The position numbers were made by a program, and so were the translations under genes. DNA of 64,000 nt from the IMG/VR virus record IMGVR_UViG_3300037424_000485, positions 128,001-192,000 of that record; one strand, written 5' to 3'. Below are positions 34,511-45,049 of the stretch, in pieces. Numbering within the stretch: the stretch's first letter is position 1; each line of letters opens with the position of its first letter. A model generated the notes under the pieces. The model did not search any database. It was not told the DNA's origin and saw nothing but the letters and a program-made list of their open reading frames with translations. The DNA comes from a virus. Its lineage: Duplodnaviria; Caudoviricetes.

Positions 34511-36316
34511 TTATCCTTCGTTGATAACTACACAATGATTTATTGATAGTCTTGGAAATTGATCATATCGTAAAACAATTCTTCTTATACTATTATCATA
34601 TAGATATCCACTACCTCCATCATCAATATAAGATTTTTCATAATGAGGAAATTGTTGTGTTGATGGAATACTTAGGTCATATATAGTTTCTGAATTTCCT
34701 GAAACAGGTGTAGTGTATATATTTAAATCTCTAAATAATAGATTTCTTATTCCTCTTGTATTAGTGAAATCATCTGTTGAAGATGTATTTGCAGGGTCTA
34801 TAAGAAATTCAGTTATATCAAAGAAGTCTATAGTTTCCCCAAACTTTCTAAACTCAAGACTAAAATAATATTCTAATTTATTTAATAGATCAGTCCTAAC
34901 ATTTGTAAAATTATAGTTTCTCTTTATTTTAATTCCTATTTCAAACATAAAATATACAAAATTTGGAATAATAAGAGTTTCTAAAACATTTATAGCCTTT
35001 CTTTGTTCTAAGTATCTGATAATACCTGTATTATAATCTGAATCATAAGATACTGGAACTTGTATATCAGCTGTAATAGGTGATGTTACTGTAGACAATC
35101 CCCACGCATGTGCTGATGTCTCTAAAGTCCCTAATTGAAATGATATACCATCTCCACTTAAAGGGGGTATAGTAGAGAAATATACTTTATTAAATAGAAT
35201 TGGCTGACCTGCATTTATATCTTGTTCTCCCCATGCATAAGCAACAACAACATCTGTTCTCTCCTCAAGGTTTACCTTATAGTCATTTTTAGTTATGTTC
35301 CTAAGTTGAGATTGAATAATAGCTTTTGAATTATTTCTTAAATCATCAAGTGTTTCTGGATTAGATGCCTGACTAGCAACATTGGTATTTGTTACTGTGT
35401 GTATATTTACTACATCAACAACAGAATTTAATGTTAGATTTGAAATATTTATTCCTTCTAAACTGGTTATAACTCCTTTATCTATTATACCATTAACACC
35501 ATTAGATTTAAGAACCTTAACTCTTATAATTGACTGTAATGATGGAACGTTCCTTGAGGTTGAAAAATCAATAACATACTGTTTATATTTATCATAATTA
35601 AATTGAAAAACATTATTACCCTCTGTAGTGGTAACACCAGAAAGACCCTCATAAAAATCAGACACGCGCTGCCATCCTGTATATTCAGTATCACCAGTTA
35701 GTGAGTTTTTAATAGAAACTTGGATACTTTCCATTGTGAAAGGATATATACCATAATCATATTTAAATAGAGGTAATAATATTTGATTATCTACTAACTC
35801 ATCACCATAATATTCTAAATCAACAATAGCTCCTTCTCTAAGCTCTATTTCAAAAGAAGCATTGCCATTTATATCTACAGTGGTTAAAGCCTCAGATTCT
35901 GTATTTGGAACATAAGAATATATGATAGGCTGACCATCATCTGTTTCCAGACCAGTATCAATATATTGCCATGGCTCTATATATAGTTGATTACCTACTG
36001 GTAGTCCACTTACAGATATTGATAATGTTGTTTGTCCTGATACATATCCTTTTGGCTGATATCCCTTTGTTTTTACAATCCTATGCAATACTTCAAAAAT
36101 ATCTGTTGTATCTTCATAACTATTTTTAGCTAGTAGGTTTGTATAATAAGTGCTAAGATCACCAACATATGAGAATAGTTCAATAAGCATTGCTATATTA
36201 GAGCCTTCAAAGTTATAATCTTTAAAAACCTCGCTCTTACCCATAAGATTTTTTAATCTTGTTTGCAGGGAATTGAAATCAGTTTCTAGATATGATGGTT
36301 GAAGTTCATTTGACAT
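34511..36316 (-). CDS. gp6: baseplate wedge protein gp6-like
   Basis: DFNSLQTRLK...FKDYNFEGSNIAMLIELFSY...ETLDDLRNN..Q.RNITKNDYK. Confidence 0.9.
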   Translation of the reverse strand: MSNELQPSYLETDFNSLQTRLKNLMGKSEVFKDYNFEGSNIAMLIELFSYVGDLSTYYTNLLAKNSYEDTTDIFEVLHRIVKTKGYQPKGYVSGQTTLSISVSGLPVGNQLYIEPWQYIDTGLETDDGQPIIYSYVPNTESEALTTVDINGNASFEIELREGAIVDLEYYGDELVDNQILLPLFKYDYGIYPFTMESIQVSIKNSLTGDTEYTGWQRVSDFYEGLSGVTTTEGNNVFQFNYDKYKQYVIDFSTSRNVPSLQSIIRVKVLKSNGVNGIIDKGVITSLEGINISNLTLNSVVDVVNIHTVTNTNVASQASNPETLDDLRNNSKAIIQSQLRNITKNDYKVNLEERTDVVVAYAWGEQDINAGQPILFNKVYFSTIPPLSGDGISFQLGTLETSAHAWGLSTVTSPITADIQVPVSYDSDYNTGIIRYLEQRKAINVLETLIIPNFVYFMFEIGIKIKRNYNFTNVRTDLLNKLEYYFSLEFRKFGETIDFFDITEFLIDPANTSSTDDFTNTRGIRNLLFRDLNIYTTPVSGNSETIYDLSIPSTQQFPHYEKSYIDDGGSGYLYDNSIRRIVLRYDQFPRLSINHCVVINEG

Positions 36317-36332
36317 TTATATGTTCCTTTAT
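36285..36332. repeat. 48-bp perfect direct repeat, copy 1 (copy 2 at 37210..37257)
   Basis: TCTAGATATGATGGTTGAAGTTCATTTGACATTTATATGTTCCTTTAT at both positions. Confidence 0.95.
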
Positions 36333-37241
36333 TTTTAACAAACAGTGTTTTTTATTTTCTATCCAGTCTTGTTCTTGAATTACCAATAAATCAATATTTT
36401 TTTCTTTGCATTGTTTTTTCTTAATTCTATCATGTGATATGGTTTTTTCTAGAGAATGCCAATACTCACCATTAAATTCTATAGCTTTATTTAAAGATGG
36501 TATCCATATATCTAATTCAAGATTAAAACCTGTTTTAGGATTTAATATTTGTGTTCTATCGTTAGAAATTATATCAACGAATCTGGATATAAATATTTGT
36601 ATTTCTTTCTCTGCCTTGGAAGATGTTTTTTCTCTACCACACCGAGGACATCTATTACCATTTAAGAAATTATCAAATCTAGCATCAAAAATATGACCTT
36701 TTCCACACTGTATTGTTATATTTTTCTTGTTATTTAAATATTCATTACTTAATAGCTTATATCCCTCTTTTTCTATTATTTCTTTAACATATTCTATATC
36801 ATTACTCATATTTTTACTTATTTCTTTTCTTTTACATATATTACATCTAGCATTACCTGATATAAAATTATTAAATCTTACACCATACGTATGGTTTTCT
36901 GGACACATAACTTCTAATTTAACAAATGCATTTAAATATTCATTACTTAATAGCTTATATCCCTCTTTTTCTATTATTTCTTTCACAGAAGTATAAGTAT
37001 GTTTTACACTTCCATTACATACATTACATCTCTGGCCCTGTTTAAATTTAGCCCATCTTGCTTTATAAATATGTCCTTTATTACATCTAATTATCAATTT
37101 AGAAGAAGAATTTAAATATTCATTACTTAATAGCTTATATCCCTCTTTTTCTATCTCTCTTTTAATAAATGAATACTCCAATTTTCTAGTAGAATGTTTT
37201 TTATTGTTCTCTAGATATGATGGTTGAAGTTCATTTGACAT
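36306..37241 (-). mobile_element. free-standing endonuclease gene (Zn-ribbon repeats plus Vsr/PD-(D/E)xK-like domain)
   Basis: 3-4x EKEGYKLLSNEY...C..GH...G.RC..C; ELDIWIPSLNKAIEFNGEYWH; flanked by the 48-bp repeat. Confidence 0.8.
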
Positions 37242-37253
37242 TTATATGTTCCT

Positions 37254-37622
37254 TTATCTTGTTCTAAAAATATAATCTATTTTTTCTACATTATCTGAAT
37301 TTATAAGACTATAATATAGTGTTGTTTTGTATTGATTGTTGTCTTCATCCATCTCAACATTAAAACTCTCGATATAAATTCTATCATCCCATTTTCTTAT
37401 AGCTGATACCAACCCTTCTCCAAGTCTTCTGGATGTTTCTTCGTCCATAGGCTCAAAGAGAATACCATTGATAAATATAAATGCGTCTGGGAGCATTCTT
37501 CTTGATCCCTTAATTGTTGAAAATATATTAATAAGCGAATTTTTAATAGCTTCTAAATCAGTCATTGCTTTTATATCGCCATCTTGCTGTTTGGTTAAAA
37601 AAATATCAATATCTTTCCACAT
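37254..37622 (-). CDS. gp25: baseplate wedge subunit gp25-like
   Basis: DLEAIKNSLINIFST..GSRRMLP...LFEPMD...AIRKWDDRI; TATAAATA upstream. Confidence 0.9.
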   Translation of the reverse strand: MWKDIDIFLTKQQDGDIKAMTDLEAIKNSLINIFSTIKGSRRMLPDAFIFINGILFEPMDEETSRRLGEGLVSAIRKWDDRIYIESFNVEMDEDNNQYKTTLYYSLINSDNVEKIDYIFRTR

Positions 37623-37656
37623 TATTATATCCTACTGTATTATTTATATCTTTATT

Positions 37657-38448
37657 TCAAAAAAAATTGTCTGGTATTAAACTACTTGATGTGCTTGCTA
37701 CTAGATTTTTGGCTTTCATACTAATTGCTGTTGTGTATGACTGTAGAGTATTTGCATTGGTATCTATATCAGTAGCAGCCACACCACCTATACCAGCCGC
37801 ATCTAAAACATTTGCCAAGTCTATACCACCAGTGTCTGTTAATACAAACTCTGCTGTAAAGTTGCTTATCTCTAAAAAATATCCATCTATTGTCCCTGCA
37901 TCAACCAACGTCCCGCATGAGCTATCACTTAAACATCCTAACATCTCATCAAGAGATGCAAGGGCTTTTTCTATTCCTAATGATGTAACTATTGATTGCA
38001 TATTTGCAAATCTATTAAGAATTGTTAATATAGGAGAAAAAGCTGTGTCGAATGTTTCTTGTGTCATAGTTCCAAAGGTATCTATTAAATCTGATATATC
38101 AGCAACACCCGCAGCTGCGCCCATTAGAGATCCTGTACCACTAGATGCATTTTTAGCAAGTGCTGTTAAAGGCCCCATAACAGCGTTTAAGCACGATCCA
38201 GTTAAACTAGTGATGGAGCTATCCAAAGAGTCCATATTGTTCAAGGAAGTGTCCAAACCAGCTATTAAATTATCATTAACTCTGTTTGTAAGATTCACGT
38301 CAATAACATGACCTGTATTGGTGATATCTTCCATTGAATCTTTCATAGGCCCCATAGCATATCTCATTGTATTGAGATTATTAAGACCTTTGACAATCTC
38401 TTTTTGTAATTCCAGACATGGGTTTAGTGCATCTACATTTAGACTCAT
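37657..38448 (-). CDS. hypothetical baseplate-region structural protein
   Basis: ORF between gp5 and gp25. Confidence 0.65.
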   Translation of the reverse strand: MSLNVDALNPCLELQKEIVKGLNNLNTMRYAMGPMKDSMEDITNTGHVIDVNLTNRVNDNLIAGLDTSLNNMDSLDSSITSLTGSCLNAVMGPLTALAKNASSGTGSLMGAAAGVADISDLIDTFGTMTQETFDTAFSPILTILNRFANMQSIVTSLGIEKALASLDEMLGCLSDSSCGTLVDAGTIDGYFLEISNFTAEFVLTDTGGIDLANVLDAAGIGGVAATDIDTNANTLQSYTTAISMKAKNLVASTSSSLIPDNFF

Positions 38449-38449
38449 A

Positions 38450-38674
38450 TTAGCTTATTACATTAATGTTAGGATGAACATGGGGGCCTGTACCAGCTGG
38501 ATCTTCTCCAATCACGGCTCCATTTATAATTTCATCAATAATACCTTGACACATTGCAACCAGCATATCATCTGCATAACTACTATCTGATATAGGCCCT
38601 TCGGATGGACTAGGGGTTATTGTAGTTTGATGAATTCTAATTGCTGCTGCCATATCTGCTGCTGACATTGCCAT
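38450..38674 (-). CDS. small protein downstream of gp5
   Basis: Start refined to MAMSAADM after AAGGA. Confidence 0.6.
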   Translation of the reverse strand: MAMSAADMAAAIRIHQTTITPSPSEGPISDSSYADDMLVAMCQGIIDEIINGAVIGEDPAGTGPHVHPNINVIS

Positions 38675-38685
38675 AATTTTATTCC

Positions 38686-39708
38686 TTATAATGATGCATT
38701 TACATCTGATGAGCTTTGCATGTGCGGTTTTCCTGTAAATGCACATATACACTGGCCTGTTACCACACCACTATTTATACCACCACCGCCATCTATATCC
38801 ACTGTAGCCGCTGTAATATTACATTGTCCTGTTACCACAATGTCACAGTCACCAGTAACATTAATTGCTAGATTTCCTGTTATATTATCAGTGTTGTCAA
38901 CGCCAATGGTTCTGGTAACACTTCCATTAACTTTTGATGTTTCATTTCCAGAGACAAGGAATGTTTTATTCCCATCTATTGTCTCATTTTTATTTTGTTT
39001 AATATGGATATTGTTATTTCCCATAACTATCTCATATTTATCTTTATTATTTTTTATAATCATAGTTCCATCATTATTTATTTCTACATAGCTATTTGAC
39101 GAATGAAATATATGTATGCGTCTGCTTCCAGGTGTGCTATCTAACTCTATAATATTACCACCATGTGTAGCCAAGACAACATTATTAGGATATATAGTCT
39201 CATAGAATGATGGTGGTTCTGACCAAGAGTCTCCATCAGCTGTTTCTACATCTTCATCTAGGTTGTTATTTTTACCTTCAACGATAGTGCCTTCAGAAAC
39301 GCCTCTAACGAGTCTATGCACGTCAGGTTCATCTAACCTATGCTTTGTTGGATAAACACCGTCAGGATCATTAAACCCCATAGATGGATCTGATTCTTGA
39401 GTAGGCTTGCCTGGAACACTTGCAAAATAAACTGGCTGATTAGGATGTCCATTTTCAAAAAATAAAAATACATGACTTCCCTGTACAGGAACAGCCCATG
39501 TGCCAAACCCAGATATAGATCCACCCATTATAGAATTTGCAGGGGTGGCCCATGGCAAATCCTCTATAAGTACCCCATCTTTACCTTTGTTTATCTTGGT
39601 TTTATGGGGTGTATGTACACCAAAAACACGTATTTTACATCTCCCCATCTTCTCTGGGTCAATGTTGTTCTCTACAACACCCCTAAACACACCCAATAAA
39701 TCTTTCAT
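38686..39708 (-). CDS. gp5: baseplate central spike gp5-like (OB fold plus beta-helix, no lysozyme)
   Basis: GVVENNIDPEKMGRCKIRVFGVH..LPWA; YPNNVV..T.GG.IIELDSTPG.RRIHIFH. Confidence 0.9.
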   Translation of the reverse strand: MKDLLGVFRGVVENNIDPEKMGRCKIRVFGVHTPHKTKINKGKDGVLIEDLPWATPANSIMGGSISGFGTWAVPVQGSHVFLFFENGHPNQPVYFASVPGKPTQESDPSMGFNDPDGVYPTKHRLDEPDVHRLVRGVSEGTIVEGKNNNLDEDVETADGDSWSEPPSFYETIYPNNVVLATHGGNIIELDSTPGSRRIHIFHSSNSYVEINNDGTMIIKNNKDKYEIVMGNNNIHIKQNKNETIDGNKTFLVSGNETSKVNGSVTRTIGVDNTDNITGNLAINVTGDCDIVVTGQCNITAATVDIDGGGGINSGVVTGQCICAFTGKPHMQSSSDVNASL

Positions 39709-40949
39709 ATGTTAACCTTCTTAGCCTTTATAAAAGTACCCTCTTGCCTTTCACCAAATCCATTCTTTATCAATACGATTGATTGTTGATATTTTGGTGT
39801 TCTGGAATGGCTTAGATGATGAGTAATAGACTTAATAAGGTATTTTCCATTAAGGGATTGATTTAATTTTTCCCCTGTTACATTTTTAGACTTCCATACA
39901 ACCTCTATCATCCCACCAGCATATCTATCTTCATGTCCTTTTACATTTATCTCTATAAGCTGTTGTAAACAATATTTTTTTATCCAATCACCAAACCACA
40001 TATTATCCATTATTTTTAAATCAGATTCACCAGTGTTTATAGGTGTTGCCTCACTTTGTAGATAAGGGAGTATTTGAGTAGATTCAAATAATGTATGCAT
40101 TCCTAATATTGTATATTTATCGATAGCATCTATATAACTATATGTTCTATGATTAAAAATCTTAGTCATAGGGTCATATCCAAGTAAATATCCTCTTGAT
40201 ATATCAGGAACTACTTTATTAGATACTCCTTTGATCTTATGACTCTGTATTTTATTGATATAATTAATATTAACATCATCAAAAACATACATTTCCTCCT
40301 TGCTTGTTATCCACATTTTCTTTTTCTGTTGTAGTAGATATTCAAGAGTGGTAAGGTTCCATCTTTTTTCAGATGTATTCTGGTACATAAGATATCCAGG
40401 TTGTCCAGATTTAGTTCCAGAGCATCTTTTCAATAGCCATTTTATATTATCAGCGGGTGTGCTATTATCAGTATCAAAATATGGTAATTTTTCAATACAA
40501 TCTTCAAATAATTGATATTCTAATATTTTAAAATATTTACTTGCTAAATCTTTAACAATATCAGTATATAAGGAGTTGCTGGTGTATGAGGATGAATAAG
40601 TATGATAATTTAGATCTTTAAATGATTCGTCTATAAGATCCATTTCTATTCTATAATCTGTCTTGTTTATTAAAATAGACTTTGTATTATGGACATGGAA
40701 TGATATAGATTTTTTATTATCTTCTTGTCCGTATACTATTTCTATTGTTTCTGTTCCTGATATACCACCAAACTCCATAAGACCATCTTTATCAACAAAT
40801 GACAGCCTTCCTTTCATACATAATGAGTATATATCTTCAATAAACCAGAGATCGATAATATCATTTGATAAAATGTTTAATTCTAAAACTGATGTTCTGA
40901 TATATACCTCAAAGGTATCCATAGCATCTATATTTTTTAGTTCATTCAT
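39705..40949 (-). CDS. baseplate hub protein gp27-like
   Basis: Position before gp5; FIEDIYS..MKGRLSFVD; GKYLIKSITHH. Confidence 0.7.
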   Translation of the reverse strand: MNELKNIDAMDTFEVYIRTSVLELNILSNDIIDLWFIEDIYSLCMKGRLSFVDKDGLMEFGGISGTETIEIVYGQEDNKKSISFHVHNTKSILINKTDYRIEMDLIDESFKDLNYHTYSSSYTSNSLYTDIVKDLASKYFKILEYQLFEDCIEKLPYFDTDNSTPADNIKWLLKRCSGTKSGQPGYLMYQNTSEKRWNLTTLEYLLQQKKKMWITSKEEMYVFDDVNINYINKIQSHKIKGVSNKVVPDISRGYLLGYDPMTKIFNHRTYSYIDAIDKYTILGMHTLFESTQILPYLQSEATPINTGESDLKIMDNMWFGDWIKKYCLQQLIEINVKGHEDRYAGGMIEVVWKSKNVTGEKLNQSLNGKYLIKSITHHLSHSRTPKYQQSIVLIKNGFGERQEGTFIKAKKVNI

Positions 40950-41329
40950 TATAGAATAGATAACCTATTTAAATCATTAAAAACAATATACAAATAGTTC
41001 TCTTTTAATATTTTAATTACCATACCCTCTTCAATTTCTTCCATTGGATTTACAATATCATTTAATATACATATAACCCACCATAGATTAGGAGTATCAT
41101 AATGTAAATTTGATATATTATCCCACCAATCTTCTGTTTCTATTACATATGTAAACCAATAGTCATCTTTTAATTTAATTTTACTGCTAATTACATATGA
41201 GCGAAAGATATTTATAAAGTGTTCATTGTTCCATTCCTTTAGAATAGGAAACATTCTCAGTCTGGACGTTGTTTGTAATCTCTGTCCAGTGAGATCCATA
41301 AAACTTCTTTCTTCTTTATTTATAGTCAT
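40949..41329 (-). CDS. gp53: baseplate wedge gp53-like (LysM)
   Basis: EDWWDNISNLHYDTPNLWWVICILNDIVNP. Confidence 0.8.
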   Translation of the reverse strand: MTINKEERSFMDLTGQRLQTTSRLRMFPILKEWNNEHFINIFRSYVISSKIKLKDDYWFTYVIETEDWWDNISNLHYDTPNLWWVICILNDIVNPMEEIEEGMVIKILKENYLYIVFNDLNRLSIL

Positions 41330-41337
41330 TAAATATC

Positions 41338-42426
41338 CTATACTTTATGTTTTGGCTTTACCAGTTTTGAAGCTGGATTTATTGTAAGATCTGATGATTT
41401 TTCTTTTGGTGTTACTAATTTAGAATATGGGTTAACTGTTTTAGCTTTATTACTAATTGTAACAATATTTTGATTAGCAACTGTAGAATCAAATCCACCT
41501 ACTGTTGATCTATAAACAGGTAAAATGCTAGATAGTGTAATAGTTATATCTGCTTTTGTTGGAATGCCATTTCTATAAGGCCCTCCAAAAGAAAATTGCA
41601 AACTTGTTATTGCTGCAAATTTCATGTTTATAATAGGAACAGAAGAATTGCCCCATACTGTATTTACCTCACATACATAGGGAAATTCCATTTTTATTAG
41701 ATCTCTTTCTCTAGATCCATGACCAATTGATGGTTTACTAGCAGCCGATAAATATCTAAGCATTTGCACAGGTAATAAAATATCATATTCTGGATCTGAA
41801 GAATCTCCAAGACTGAACATAAAGTTATATGATGGTTTTGGAGATTCTTTATACTGTTGTGGAGCATCATATTTATAGAAAGACTCCTTTCTATAGTCTT
41901 TAGCAGCTCTATTAATTTTCGACTCATACTCTTTATGGAATGACTTTTGAGCCTCATTGCTTTTTTGTAATTCGTCCTCTGCTTCTTTAGTTCCTGAATT
42001 TTCCCCAGGCTTCATTCTGTCCATTAGCAGATTTCCTTGAGAGGTTATTGTATTAACTAATGAATTAGCATCAGATAAAGTCTTACTAAATCCTGTCCAT
42101 GCTGTGAGTGCTCTACCTGCTATGTTACTGGCATCGTCCCATTGATGGGTAAATGTTTCTTGTAGTTCCATAGGGGCTATAAACATCAGAGTAGGGCCTT
42201 CTACCATTGTCTTATTACCCCTTGAGTCTGTAGTGCCAAAACCACCATTTTCCCATATATTACCCGTAAGAGATGTAAATTTTTTAAACTTCAATTCTAT
42301 CCACATCATATTTTTAGCCATATCCCCAGAAATTCTTGCATTTCCCCCAGGTTCTGGAAACATTAAAACTTTTCCACCTAAAGATGCTGATTTAAGGTCT
42401 GACATATATTGTTCATATCTTGTCAT
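41338..42426 (-). CDS. baseplate tail-tube cap gp48-like
   Basis: Position after the tape measure; FMFSL...FPYVCEV...KFAAITSLQFSF...PT..DITITLS. Confidence 0.6.
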   Translation of the reverse strand: MTRYEQYMSDLKSASLGGKVLMFPEPGGNARISGDMAKNMMWIELKFKKFTSLTGNIWENGGFGTTDSRGNKTMVEGPTLMFIAPMELQETFTHQWDDASNIAGRALTAWTGFSKTLSDANSLVNTITSQGNLLMDRMKPGENSGTKEAEDELQKSNEAQKSFHKEYESKINRAAKDYRKESFYKYDAPQQYKESPKPSYNFMFSLGDSSDPEYDILLPVQMLRYLSAASKPSIGHGSRERDLIKMEFPYVCEVNTVWGNSSVPIINMKFAAITSLQFSFGGPYRNGIPTKADITITLSSILPVYRSTVGGFDSTVANQNIVTISNKAKTVNPYSKLVTPKEKSSDLTINPASKLVKPKHKV

Positions 42427-42433
42427 TAATGAT

Positions 42434-44026
42434 TTACCATGTGTTATTTAATGAATCTACTTCAGTATCGTATGATCTTGTATTATCGCTATTATTTACC
42501 ACATGTGATGGAGCGATTACACTATTTTGAGTATTAATATTTGTAGTGTTAAAAAATCCTTGCATTTTATTACCTAATGTAGATGTTTGTTCTGCCATGG
42601 CTGTCTTCATACCGTTAGATGCCATAACACCCATAACTCTCACATTTTTTATTTCACCAGCCACTATAGTATCTGATAAGTTTGATATAGGAGATTTAGA
42701 CGGAACGGAAAAAGTAGCATTCTCCTCGTCCTTGAACCAGTTAGCTGGATTGTATTTATCTATTATCTTCTGTACATTCTCTTTAATATTTTTAAAGAAG
42801 TTGAAAATAGAAGAACCTATATCCATAATAACTCTAATAATTTTATCTATTAGCTTCGGTGCATTTTCTTTAATATTTTTAAAGAAGTTGAAAATAGAAG
42901 AACCCATATCCATAATAAATCTAATAATTTTACCTATAGTATTTCCTTCCCATTTTATAAACTCGATGTAAGTATTGCCAAGAAATTTCCATAGGTTCCA
43001 TATCATTAATCCTAGATCGCCTATAAATCTAATTGCTATGCCTATCCCCTTTCCTATAAAAGCAAATACAGGCTGTAGTTTTTCACCAGCTAATGCCAGA
43101 CCTCTAAGAGCAATCTCTATAGGCCAGAATAATATATCGATAATCTTATTACCTAGATCTGGTATTTCTTTAAATCCTGTCCATTTTAAGAATTTATTTA
43201 TTACCCATGCGAAAGGCTGTACAAATATATCTATAAGACCTTTAAATACATTTTTAAGACCAGCCACAATTTTATCTAATGTACTACCTTTTTCTCCACT
43301 ATATCCTGTAAAGAAATCATAGATACTCATAACGGCTTGTATAGGCCAGAAGAATTTTTTACCTAATTTAAACCCCAATCCTAACTTTCTAAGTAACGGG
43401 TTTTTAGATGTTTTTTCTAATACTTCAAAAAATTTACCTATTTTTCCAAAGAAATTGCCCTTACCAAGAAGCTTAATTTTAGTAATTTTTTCAAATGCCC
43501 ATGCAAATAATTTTATAGGAGCTAGTAGAATATTCGCTGCTAGTTGTAGCTTAGAAGCGAATATACCTATAGCTATTCCTAGAATAAGAAATATACCCCC
43601 TATAAGCTTCATAATACCACCCTTTCTACCTCTGCTCTCGCTATCACTTTTATCTTGTCTTAGAAATAATTTAGCAAACCCTTTTTTTATATGAGCACCA
43701 ATAGATATAAGAGGTGAAATAAATGTAGTATGGATTTTACCCATAATCTCCATATATGTACTTCTTATGTTACGAAATGCCTCGCTAAATCCATCTTTCA
43801 GCCATATAAAAAATTGTGTTCCTGCTGTTTTGAATATAGTAGGGAATAAATTAATCAAGCTTTTATTAACATTTGCAAAACCAGGAGCTTTTGCAAATTT
43901 AGATCCTGGTATATCTCTTGAAAGTGCGGTTCCTATGCTTTTTCTTTCAATGATATTTCGTAGACTATCAATGGATTTTGCAAATTTCTCTTGAATTGTG
44001 TGATGTTTTTTTAAATCTATTGCCAT
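42434..44026 (-). CDS. tape measure / gp29-like protein
   Basis: Helical, aromatic-spaced repeats, hydrophobic segment; follows the chaperone pair; start refined to MAIDLKK. Confidence 0.7.
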   Translation of the reverse strand: MAIDLKKHHTIQEKFAKSIDSLRNIIERKSIGTALSRDIPGSKFAKAPGFANVNKSLINLFPTIFKTAGTQFFIWLKDGFSEAFRNIRSTYMEIMGKIHTTFISPLISIGAHIKKGFAKLFLRQDKSDSESRGRKGGIMKLIGGIFLILGIAIGIFASKLQLAANILLAPIKLFAWAFEKITKIKLLGKGNFFGKIGKFFEVLEKTSKNPLLRKLGLGFKLGKKFFWPIQAVMSIYDFFTGYSGEKGSTLDKIVAGLKNVFKGLIDIFVQPFAWVINKFLKWTGFKEIPDLGNKIIDILFWPIEIALRGLALAGEKLQPVFAFIGKGIGIAIRFIGDLGLMIWNLWKFLGNTYIEFIKWEGNTIGKIIRFIMDMGSSIFNFFKNIKENAPKLIDKIIRVIMDIGSSIFNFFKNIKENVQKIIDKYNPANWFKDEENATFSVPSKSPISNLSDTIVAGEIKNVRVMGVMASNGMKTAMAEQTSTLGNKMQGFFNTTNINTQNSVIAPSHVVNNSDNTRSYDTEVDSLNNTW

Positions 44027-44098
44027 ATTTTCTCCATAAAAAAAGTCCAAAGAGTGTTTTAACACAACCCTTCAGACTTTCATCCATAACTCAATGAG

Positions 44099-44296
44099 TT
44101 AAGTGAGGTTATCTAATCCTGTTTGTTTTTTGCTGTCATCCCTATATAGTTTACCAAGGATCATTTTTCTTTCAAAATCAGGCATATTATGAGACTCTGA
44201 TATGCCTATATTACAATTCTTTGCTAATATATATTGCTCTTCTAATATGCCTTCTAAACTATCATCGGAACATGCCAGATGGATTAGGCGAAAAAA
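44099..44296 (-). CDS. gp51-like frameshift extension of the tail assembly chaperone (no own start codon)
   Basis: -1 frame FFRLIHLACSDDSLEGILEEQYILAKNCNIGISESHNMPDFERKMILGKL...LT*; preceded by TAA, entered through T TTT TTC. Confidence 0.7.
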   Translation of the reverse strand, partial: FFRLIHLACSDDSLEGILEEQYILAKNCNIGISESHNMPDFERKMILGKLYRDDSKKQTGLDNLT

Positions 44297-45024
44297 TTAT
44301 CTACAGGTATACTATATTTTTCTTCATTACCGCATCCAATGCAATTTAAATCTGTAGTGAACTGCATACCAAAGTCGTTATCTTCTAACCATTTTTTTAG
44401 AGTCTCAAAGCCACTTGTAGGTATACCATTATCAATAAGATCAATTTTGTCTTCTAGAGGTATATTACTATCTTCTTCATCACCAACAATAAAAGTATTC
44501 ATAGACTGTGCAACGCTCATAGTAACTACTTCTACAAATTTTTCAGTAGTTGTTAGTTTTTTTCTATTAACTCTTTTATATACTTCTTTCTGTTCACCTC
44601 TAGTAATGAGTTTCATCTTTACAGATATCTTATCATTTATAACAATAGGTGTTTCATCAACATCCATTGGTGTAACTTTCATTTCTGATATTTTTATAGA
44701 CTTAGGAGAAGTCATATTACATTTTGAACATGTATAATTAAAATTATAAATATCTCCTTTAGAATTTTCTCTAATTTTTAATAGAAGATAAAATCTATCT
44801 TGTAATAGTAATTCATCTACAAAAAAATCTTCTGTAATGACACATTCATTCATGATATCATCAAGAATGCTCTCAATCATAAATGGATCAGTAGAATTTT
44901 CATATACCAACATCTTTTTCATCTGACCTGTTGTGAATGGTTTAAAAGTAATAGACCTTCCATCACTTGGTAATTCACAAGTAAACTCATAACTGTTTAT
45001 ATGATCTCTAAGTTTAATAGACAT
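44284..45024 (-). CDS. gp26: gp26-like baseplate hub / tail assembly chaperone
   Basis: ELPSDG.SITFKPFT..Q.K.ML; DRFYLLLKIRENSKG; C.KC; ends DNFFA. Confidence 0.8.
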   Translation of the reverse strand: MSIKLRDHINSYEFTCELPSDGRSITFKPFTTGQMKKMLVYENSTDPFMIESILDDIMNECVITEDFFVDELLLQDRFYLLLKIRENSKGDIYNFNYTCSKCNMTSPKSIKISEMKVTPMDVDETPIVINDKISVKMKLITRGEQKEVYKRVNRKKLTTTEKFVEVVTMSVAQSMNTFIVGDEEDSNIPLEDKIDLIDNGIPTSGFETLKKWLEDNDFGMQFTTDLNCIGCGNEEKYSIPVDNFFA

Positions 45025-45049
45025 ATTGAATAACTCCTTATTTCACTGA

